DNA of 64,000 bases from a virus (Duplodnaviria; Caudoviricetes). A program made the translations under genes and the position numbers. Positions within the stretch are counted from its first letter, which is position 1. Every line of letters starts with the position of its first letter. The notes under the pieces were generated by a model. That model was not told the DNA's origin. It worked only from the letters and a program-made list of their open reading frames with translations, and made no database searches. The stretch lies in the IMG/VR virus record IMGVR_UViG_3300030330_004274, positions 96,001 to 160,000 of that record; one strand, written 5' to 3'. Below, piece after piece: positions 35,963 to 42,819 of the stretch.

Positions 35963-37021
35963 ATGGCTAAGGGATTAGATTGTGGAACAAGTTATTATAT
36001 AACAGCCACAGAAGATAGTATAAAAAAACAAAGAAATGTATTCTTAACAGTTGACGGTGATGCAAATCAAGTTAAACGAATGTTAAAAAGACAAAGAATA
36101 CCTTTCGTAGAAAAAGCAGGTAAAGTTCATATCGTTGGACAACACGCTTTTAATTATGCACAAATATTTAGTACAACAGATTTAAAGAGACCTATGTCTC
36201 AAGGATTATTGAATCCTAAAGAAAAAGATGCTCTACCTGTATTGAATGCTATTATAGGTGAGTTGATTGGAAAAGCTAAAGGTAAAGAAACTTGTGTTTA
36301 TTGTGTACCTGCTAAACCAATCGACCAAACAAGAGAAGTTTCTTATCACGAAGATGTATTGAAACAGATTATTGAAACATATGGATACGATGTAAAAGTT
36401 ATAGAGGAGAGTGTTGCTCTCGCCTATGAAGGACTCGTAGATAATGATTTAACTGGTATTGCTATATCTATGGGAGCGGGAATGTGTAATATATGTGTGA
36501 TGTATCAAGGGATGAGTGCACTCTCCTTTTCTGTAGCAAGAGGTGGTGATTGGATTGATGAAAATGTAGCATCGGATTGTGGTGTTACAAAAGCAAAAGT
36601 AATTTCAATCAAAGAAAGTTCAAGTAATTTAGATTTAACGAAAAGTGCAATAAATGATATTTATAATGAGGGAAGTGATGAGTACAATATAATTAATGCC
36701 ATTCGTTCTTATTACGGAGCATTAGTCAATTACTTGTTGACAAACCTAAAACATCAGTTTGAAAACGCTGAAAGTGTACCAAACTTCCCAAATGCAATTC
36801 CAATTGTATTTGGTGGTGGAACATCATTGGTTAAAGGTTTTATGGAAGTAGTAGGGGAACAATTTAATCAAGATGAGTTTCCTATACAAGTTAAAGAATT
36901 TACATTAGTCGAAGATGCTCACACAGCAGTCGCAAGAGGTTGTTTGAGTGAAGCACAATTAATTGAAGAAGAGGAGAATGAAGATGAAAATCAAGAAGAG
37001 TCATCTGAAGGAACTGATTAA
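35963..37021 (+). CDS. Actin-fold ATPase (MreB/FtsA superfamily, volactin-like)
   Basis: Phosphate-1 GLDCGT, connect-1 IEESVA, phosphate-2 ISMGAGMCN, ARGGDWID, adenosine GGGTS, connect-2 AVARG. Confidence 0.85.
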   Translation: MAKGLDCGTSYYITATEDSIKKQRNVFLTVDGDANQVKRMLKRQRIPFVEKAGKVHIVGQHAFNYAQIFSTTDLKRPMSQGLLNPKEKDALPVLNAIIGELIGKAKGKETCVYCVPAKPIDQTREVSYHEDVLKQIIETYGYDVKVIEESVALAYEGLVDNDLTGIAISMGAGMCNICVMYQGMSALSFSVARGGDWIDENVASDCGVTKAKVISIKESSSNLDLTKSAINDIYNEGSDEYNIINAIRSYYGALVNYLLTNLKHQFENAESVPNFPNAIPIVFGGGTSLVKGFMEVVGEQFNQDEFPIQVKEFTLVEDAHTAVARGCLSEAQLIEEEENEDENQEESSEGTD

Positions 37022-38261
37022 ACTTTCTATTGCAGAGGCAATATGGGAACAAGAGAATGAGGAAAAACCACAACCTCCTGCACCTCCAAAAGAAAAAGAG
37101 GATGAAAAACCTATGACTAAAATAGATGATAATCCTTTTTCTAAAAAAGATGATATAGAAGAGATTGATTTTAAAAGTAAAGAAGCCTTTCAAAAATATA
37201 AAGCAAAACATAAAATGAGAGGTTCGACTAAAGTAAATATCGCTGGAAAAGAAACTACTGTTGATAAGGCAAGTGGTAAAAAGAAAAAAGAACCTGAAAT
37301 GGATGCAGGTGGTCCTTCTTATGCAAATGTACCAAAAGGTGCTAAAACTTCAAAACAAGCTAAACAAATGTCAAAGATAGAAAAAGATATGGAAAAAGCA
37401 GTGAATGATGCAAATGAAAAAATGGCATTTGACCAAGTGCCAGGTATTCGTATAAAACAAATTACAAATGCAGAACAAGATGTTATTAGACACGACCATA
37501 TAGATAAAACACTTAAGGCTTTAGAAAAAGCTGGTAGTAATAAAGTTGATGCATTTAAATCATTAGGTGATGCATATAAACAATCAGAAAAAGATAGGAA
37601 TGCACAATATAAAAAAGATAAAGAAAAATTGGGTGATAAAAAGGCATCATCAAACTTTTATGATAATATTGAAAAACAAAAAAGAATAGGTTTTCAAATG
37701 CAAAAACTTTTAGGTAAAACAAACTTTGAGTTTGATGATATAAAAGAATCCACAAGAAGAAGACATACCGTAAAAGAAGTAAGAATGTGGATGAAAAAAT
37801 TAGAAGAGAATCGTTATAAAAGAGTATATAATTCAGATGCTCGTAGAGTTGCTTGGATGGTAAATAACGAAGGTAGAAAATTAGACGAAATGCCAATTTC
37901 TATGAAAAAGAAATGGACAAAGGCTCAATACGGAAGAGAAAGATATTTGGCAAAAGAGTTTTTAAGAGCACAAAATGTAATGGAACAAAAAATAAGAGGT
38001 GTAATTAGACAAATAGTGGCAGAAGAAATTCGTCATACTAATGCAAGATTCTTATATGTTCCTAAAAACGATATTAAAAAAGTTCAAACAATATTAAAAC
38101 GAGGAATCCAAAAAGGTAAAGTTGAAGTTGATAATAAACCAAGTTCAAAAGAAAGAGGATTTTATCGAATTACAGTTGAAAAACAAAAATTTAATGATAT
38201 TGTAGAGGCATTAATGTTGAAAAGAATTAGTGTAAAAACAATAGCAAGAGGAAAAGCGTAA
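36984..38261 (+). CDS. Hypothetical modular protein with MKIKKSHLKELI...IAE leader
   Basis: GAGGAG SD at 36971-36976 lies inside the acidic tail of the actin gene, favouring ATG 36984. Confidence 0.6.
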   Translation: MKIKKSHLKELIKLSIAEAIWEQENEEKPQPPAPPKEKEDEKPMTKIDDNPFSKKDDIEEIDFKSKEAFQKYKAKHKMRGSTKVNIAGKETTVDKASGKKKKEPEMDAGGPSYANVPKGAKTSKQAKQMSKIEKDMEKAVNDANEKMAFDQVPGIRIKQITNAEQDVIRHDHIDKTLKALEKAGSNKVDAFKSLGDAYKQSEKDRNAQYKKDKEKLGDKKASSNFYDNIEKQKRIGFQMQKLLGKTNFEFDDIKESTRRRHTVKEVRMWMKKLEENRYKRVYNSDARRVAWMVNNEGRKLDEMPISMKKKWTKAQYGRERYLAKEFLRAQNVMEQKIRGVIRQIVAEEIRHTNARFLYVPKNDIKKVQTILKRGIQKGKVEVDNKPSSKERGFYRITVEKQKFNDIVEALMLKRISVKTIARGKA

Positions 38262-38278
38262 CAAACAAAGAGGTTAGT

Positions 38279-38518
38279 ATGAAAAAAAGAAAAAACTTTA
38301 GGAAGAAAAGACCTAAAGAAAGGTTGGCAGGGTTACAAGTAAAAGTATATGATAATAATGTTGAAAAGGCATTGAAACAATTAAAAAGAAAAATAAAAAA
38401 TTCTAACCTAATGTTAGATTTAAAAAACAAGGCTTATTACAGAAAACCATCAGAAATTAAAAGAGAAAAAAAGAATTTAGCCGTTTTAAGAAGTAAATAT
38501 CAACAAGCAAAAAATTAA
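38279..38518 (+). CDS. rpsU: Phage-encoded 30S ribosomal protein bS21
   Basis: V.V..NNVEKALKQLKRK......L...K....Y.KPS..KR signature. Confidence 0.9.
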   Translation: MKKRKNFRKKRPKERLAGLQVKVYDNNVEKALKQLKRKIKNSNLMLDLKNKAYYRKPSEIKREKKNLAVLRSKYQQAKN

Positions 38519-38560
38519 TAAAAATTATTAAAAAAAATTAACTTTTTTTGTTACTTTGGT

Positions 38561-38570
38561 ATATTTATAT
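38561..38570 (+). promoter_or_regulatory. Late-promoter-like motif ATATTTATAT
   Basis: Heads the scaffold-capsid transcript. Confidence 0.65.
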
Positions 38571-38584
38571 ACACAAACCACAAT

Positions 38585-38651
38585 ACACCGTCCTATTATT
38601 TTTACGGTGTCTAAATATAACTTAACGATATTAAGTTTCCTAATAAACTTA
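38585..38651 (+). promoter_or_regulatory. Structured 5' leader of the scaffold/capsid operon
   Basis: Stems ACACCGT/ACGGTGT and AACTTAA/TTAAGTT, with an alternative TAAGTTT/AAACTTA. Confidence 0.45.
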
Positions 38652-38683
38652 TTCCAAAATAAAAAAATATATGGAGAAATCAA

Positions 38684-39826
38684 ATGGGTGATTTATTAAA
38701 AGAAGCCATTGCAGATGCAAAAGCAGTTAGAGAAACAGCTTTACAGAATGCAAAAATGGCGTTAGAAGAAGCATTTACACCTCAATTGAAATCTATGTTG
38801 TCTGCTAAACTAAAAGAAGATGAAGAAGCTGAAGAGGGCGAACACGATACTGAAGAGGGTTCTTATATGGAAGATGAAGAAGCTGAAGAAGGTCACGATA
38901 CTGAAGAGGGTTCTTATATGGAAGATGAAGAAGCTGAAGAAGGTCACGATACTGAAGAAACTTACGAAGAAGATGAAGTCGAAGAAGATGATGAAGTTCC
39001 TGCAGCTGATGGTGAAGAAGACGATGACGATGATGATGAGGATGAAGATGAAGCCGAAGAAGGTGACCTCGATTTAGAAGCAGTCATTAAAGAACTTGAA
39101 TCTGAATTAGAAGATGATGAGGAAGTTAATGAAGATGTTGAAGAAACAGATAATGCATATGATGAGGATGCTGAAACAGCCGAAGGTGGTGAACCTATGG
39201 GTGAAGGTGAAGAAAAAGAAGAGGATGATGATGTTGAAATTGATGAATCTCTTTTCAATGAAGAGGATTTAGGCAATGGAAAACCAGAAGAAACTGATAA
39301 TGCTCATACAGAAGAAGGTGAAGAGGACATTAAAGAACAATCTAAATCTTCTGAAATTGGTAAAGGTGATAATAAAGGTAATTATGCATCTGGTGCCGAT
39401 GAAGAAGACCCTGGTAAGGGAGAACAGTTCAAGAAAGTTAAAATGGAATCTATTAAATCTGAACTTAAAGAGTACAAAGAAGCAGTTAAATTCCTTAAAG
39501 ATAAACTTCACGAGGTGAACATTTTGAATGCTAAATTGTTGTTTACAAACAAATTGTTTAAAGCGTATAGTTTGAATAATAATCAGAAATTAAAAGTGGT
39601 CGAAACTTTTGATAGAGCTCAAACTACCCGTGAAATTAAATTAGTGTATAGTACATTAGCTGAACAGTTCGGTGATAATGGTGCTATTACAAGAAAAAAA
39701 TCAATTACTGAATCAGCGAGTTCTGCTGTGAGTTCAACTAAACCTTCTAAAGCATCACGAAAAGTGATTACTGAAGAAACTAAAGTTGCTAACAGGTTTA
39801 AAAAACTTGCTGGTATCATTAAGTAA
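38684..39826 (+). CDS. Prohead scaffold/core protein (gp22-like)
   Basis: Very acidic, coiled-coil ends, directly upstream of the major capsid gene. Confidence 0.85.
   Translation: MGDLLKEAIADAKAVRETALQNAKMALEEAFTPQLKSMLSAKLKEDEEAEEGEHDTEEGSYMEDEEAEEGHDTEEGSYMEDEEAEEGHDTEETYEEDEVEEDDEVPAADGEEDDDDDDEDEDEAEEGDLDLEAVIKELESELEDDEEVNEDVEETDNAYDEDAETAEGGEPMGEGEEKEEDDDVEIDESLFNEEDLGNGKPEETDNAHTEEGEEDIKEQSKSSEIGKGDNKGNYASGADEEDPGKGEQFKKVKMESIKSELKEYKEAVKFLKDKLHEVNILNAKLLFTNKLFKAYSLNNNQKLKVVETFDRAQTTREIKLVYSTLAEQFGDNGAITRKKSITESASSAVSSTKPSKASRKVITEETKVANRFKKLAGIIK
38843..38958 (+). repeat. 51-bp perfect tandem repeat (2 copies plus partial) in the scaffold gene
   Basis: CACGATACTGAAGAGGGTTCTTATATGGAAGATGAAGAAGCTGAAGAAGGT starting at 38843, 38894 and 38945 (partial). 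Confidence 0.9.
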
Positions 39827-39843
39827 ATTAGGAGATAATAAAA

Positions 39844-41586
39844 ATGTCAAACTATGTAAATGATGCACTTTTAGATGCATCTCCTTATAAAAAACAACAA
39901 GAAGAAGCTAAAGCTCTCGTTAATAAATGGGATAAAACTGGTCTTCTTGATGGTTTGAATGAGGATTTTCAAAAAAGTGGAATGGCTATCATGCTTGAAA
40001 ACCAAGCAAGACAGTTAATTTCAGAGAACTCTGCGACAGGTGGTACAGGTGGTACTGGTACTGCTACTGCTGCAGGTTCTGAAGAATGGTCTGGTGTTGC
40101 TCTTCCATTGGTTAGAAGAATCTTTGGTGAGATTGCAGCTCAAGACTTTGTATCAGTTCAACCAATGAATTTACCATCTGGTCTTGTATTCTATTTAGAC
40201 TTTAAATATGGTAAATCTGTTGAAGGATTTGGTAAAAACTCAAGTGTTCCTGGCGGTTCTGTAGATTCACTTGGTGGTAAAACTGGTCCTAACAATCCAT
40301 CAGGTTCGTCTGCTGGTGTAGATGGATATGGTGTTGGTGGTCTATATGGCGAAGGTCGTTATGACTACTCAATTAATGAGCAAATAAAAACAGGTTTAGT
40401 TTCAGACCAAAATGGTACACTTGCAACTGGTGAGTTTATTACTGGTTCAGTTACTTACAAAGATATTAACTTTAATCAAGAACATTCTGCTTCTTTAGCA
40501 GCAAGTAAATTAGTTAAAGTATCTGTTTTAGGTTCTGATTTATCAAACGCTGACTTTAAAGCAGTAAGGTCTTTCAACCTTACACAATCTGCTGATGGTG
40601 GTACTGCTATGACAGATGGTAACTATAAAGTTCTTCCACAGTTCACATCATATGATGGAACTAATGTAAACTTTATCGTTTCTTGTTCTGGTCAAAGTGT
40701 ATTTGCTGCTGGTGGTGCAAATGCTGCTAATGAGTTTAACACTGGTTCTGTTATCTTTAGTCAACAACCAACTGAAGCTTCAAGAGGTGATTTTGAGGAT
40801 ACAGTAGGTAATGCGACTGCTGATACATTAGCAATACCTGAAGTTGATTTAAATCTTAAATCTGCTGCTATCGTTGCAAAAACAAGAAAACTAAAAGCTG
40901 TATGGACACCTGAGTTAGCTCAAGACCTTAATGCTTATCATTCTGTTGATGCTGAAGCAGAATTAACATCAATGTTATCTGAATATATTTCTTTAGAGAT
41001 AGATTTAGAAATCCTTGATATGTTAATTGCAGATGCTGTTACTACAGACTTCTGGTCAGTAACTCCTGGTGAGGACTATGATGGTTCTGGTACTGATGAA
41101 GGTGCTTGGAACATTACAACTTTCTATGGTACAAGATTCGAGTGGTATCAAACTCTTGTAGCGAAAATCCAAAAAGTTTCTAACGAAATTCACAGATTAA
41201 CGCTAAGAGGTGGTGCTAACTTCGTTGTTGTATCTCCAAAAGTTGCTACAATCCTTGAATCTATACCTGGATATATGACTCAAACTGATGGTAATAAAGC
41301 TAGTTTTGCTGCTGGTGTTCAATCTATCGGGTCTTTACAAAACAGATATACTGTTTATAAAAATCCATATATGACTGAAAATCAAATATTAGTAGGGTTT
41401 AGAGGTTCAAACTTCCTTGAAACAGGTGCGGTTTATGCTCCATATGTTCCATTGATTATGACTCCTCTTGTGTATGACCCAAGTGACTTCACTCCAAGAA
41501 AAGGCGTGATGACTCGTTATGCTAAGAAAATGATTAGACCAGAGTTCTATGGTAAGATTGGTATTAAAGATTTAAATTTAGTGTAA
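39844..41586 (+). CDS. Major capsid protein (T4 gp23-like)
   Basis: VQPMNLPSGL, AKTRKLKAVWTPELAQDLNAYH, YAPYVPL and FTPRKGVMTRYA motifs. Confidence 0.97.
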   Translation: MSNYVNDALLDASPYKKQQEEAKALVNKWDKTGLLDGLNEDFQKSGMAIMLENQARQLISENSATGGTGGTGTATAAGSEEWSGVALPLVRRIFGEIAAQDFVSVQPMNLPSGLVFYLDFKYGKSVEGFGKNSSVPGGSVDSLGGKTGPNNPSGSSAGVDGYGVGGLYGEGRYDYSINEQIKTGLVSDQNGTLATGEFITGSVTYKDINFNQEHSASLAASKLVKVSVLGSDLSNADFKAVRSFNLTQSADGGTAMTDGNYKVLPQFTSYDGTNVNFIVSCSGQSVFAAGGANAANEFNTGSVIFSQQPTEASRGDFEDTVGNATADTLAIPEVDLNLKSAAIVAKTRKLKAVWTPELAQDLNAYHSVDAEAELTSMLSEYISLEIDLEILDMLIADAVTTDFWSVTPGEDYDGSGTDEGAWNITTFYGTRFEWYQTLVAKIQKVSNEIHRLTLRGGANFVVVSPKVATILESIPGYMTQTDGNKASFAAGVQSIGSLQNRYTVYKNPYMTENQILVGFRGSNFLETGAVYAPYVPLIMTPLVYDPSDFTPRKGVMTRYAKKMIRPEFYGKIGIKDLNLV

Positions 41587-41636
41587 ACTAAATAATCTTT
41601 TAATCTTACTTCTGGTAAGTCATAAGGAGGTAACTT

Positions 41637-41671
41637 GAAAAACCCCTACTTTTTGTGGGGGTTTTTCTTTT
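41637..41671 (+). terminator. Rho-independent terminator after the capsid gene
   Basis: GAAAAACCCCTAC-TTTTT-GTGGGGGTTTTTC followed by TTTT. Confidence 0.85.
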
Positions 41672-41677
41672 CAATTG

Positions 41678-41693
41678 ATATTTATATACGAAT
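41678..41693 (+). promoter_or_regulatory. Late-promoter-like motif ATATTTATATACGAAT
   Basis: One mismatch to consensus, directly follows the terminator. Confidence 0.65.
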
Positions 41694-41697
41694 CAAT

Positions 41698-41763
41698 AAA
41701 AGTAGTACTAAACATTATTGATGTAGTAAGTTAAACATAACCTGAAAAGTAGTACTAAACATT
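41698..41763 (+). repeat. 19-bp direct repeat AAAAGTAGTACTAAACATT x2 plus degenerate middle copy
   Basis: Copies at 41698-41716 and 41745-41763, with GTAGTAAGTTAAACAT at 41723-41738. Confidence 0.8.
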
Positions 41764-41777
41764 TAGGAGAAAAAAAA

Positions 41778-42278
41778 ATGGCAAAAAGAGGCTATAGAGG
41801 AAAACATCCTCATAATGATATGAAAGTATCTCAAACGGCAGTTAATAATAAAGCTGCTAACAATTCCAAATTAGTAGATGAATATAATAAAACTGGTGCT
41901 AAAAATAAGTATGATTATATAAAAAGTCACGAAGGATTTTATCCACAAGCAACAGCTACAATAGTATGTCACGGAAATAATGATGATGATGAAACAATTA
42001 CTATTATTTCAACAGATGGTACATCAAAAACTTATACTGGTAAAGATGCTGGTACTGATGCTAGTGCTGGTGAATTTAACACTGGTGGAAACGCTGCAGC
42101 AGCTGCTACTGGATTAGAATCTTGTATAGAACATGCAAATGGACATGGTGGTAAAATAACAGTTGAGAAAGATTCTGCTACTTTAACTTTAACTCAAGTA
42201 GAACCTGGTAAAGATGGTAATACAACAATTACAAGTGGTTTAACAGGAGGTTCAAAAACTAATTTTACTGGTGGTTAA
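41778..42278 (+). CDS. Putative capsid decoration/structural protein
   Basis: Own promoter and terminator right after MCP. ATATI...GNTTIT..FTGG beta domain. Confidence 0.5.
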   Translation: MAKRGYRGKHPHNDMKVSQTAVNNKAANNSKLVDEYNKTGAKNKYDYIKSHEGFYPQATATIVCHGNNDDDETITIISTDGTSKTYTGKDAGTDASAGEFNTGGNAAAAATGLESCIEHANGHGGKITVEKDSATLTLTQVEPGKDGNTTITSGLTGGSKTNFTGG

Positions 42279-42300
42279 ACAATAATTAAAAAACAACTTA

Positions 42301-42328
42301 AAGGGTGGGAATTATCTCACCCTTTTTT
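42301..42328 (+). terminator. Rho-independent terminator
   Basis: AAGGGTGGGA-ATTA-TCTCACCCTT followed by TTTT. Confidence 0.85.
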
Positions 42329-42339
42329 GTGCAATTCTA

Positions 42340-42354
42340 ATATTTATATATGAA
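42340..42354 (+). promoter_or_regulatory. Late-promoter-like motif ATATTTATATATGAA
   Basis: Directly follows the terminator. Confidence 0.7.
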
Positions 42355-42395
42355 GAAATATATCTATTTTATATACTAAAGATTAGGAGAAATTT

Positions 42396-42809
42396 ATGGC
42401 AGCCGGTAATTATTCCTTTACAATAGAACAAGGAGCAACAACAGATTTTGAGATTGTATATAAGGATTCAGCGGGTAATCCAATTGATTTGTCAGGTTAT
42501 CAAGCAAGAATGCATTTAAGAAAATCTGCAGATGAAGCAACTACATATCTCGTATTATCATCAAGTTTACAAGCAGATGGAACTGGTTTGAATTTAAGTG
42601 GTTCTGGTGGTTTAACTGCCACAAAACCACCTACATCTGGTAGTATTGGAATATATGTAAGTCATGCAACATCATCTAATCTTTCCTTTACAGATGCAGT
42701 TTATGATTTAGAAATAGTTTCAAGTAGTGGTGATTCTGCAACAGTCACAAGATTAATACAAGGAAAAATAAAATTATCTAAAGAAGTTACCAAAGGCAGT
42801 AGTTATTAA
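42396..42809 (+). CDS. Fibre-attachment/adaptor protein (BppU-N-like)
   Basis: IEQGAT...PIDLSGYQARM...YDLEI...RLIQG motif. Confidence 0.6.
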   Translation: MAAGNYSFTIEQGATTDFEIVYKDSAGNPIDLSGYQARMHLRKSADEATTYLVLSSSLQADGTGLNLSGSGGLTATKPPTSGSIGIYVSHATSSNLSFTDAVYDLEIVSSSGDSATVTRLIQGKIKLSKEVTKGSSY

Positions 42810-42819
42810 GGAGAATTAA

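Noticed and set aside
16454-36983. ORF-track starts at 16454, 23563, 29664 and 36963
   Set aside because: Downstream ATGs (16511, 23575, 29709, 36984) have better SD or coupling and avoid long overlaps.
38820-39518. Alternative-frame + ORFs 38820-39077 and 39276-39518 (also 18383 and 48638)
   Set aside because: Off-frame shadows of GAA/GAT-rich coding sequence inside larger genes.
24561-41586. Inteins or introns in terminase, portal or capsid genes
   Set aside because: The ORFs are continuous, of normal length, and lack intein splice motifs.
41698-41763. Mini-CRISPR reading of the 19-bp repeats
   Set aside because: Repeats are too short, there are only two exact copies, and the 28-bp spacer is itself a degenerate copy.
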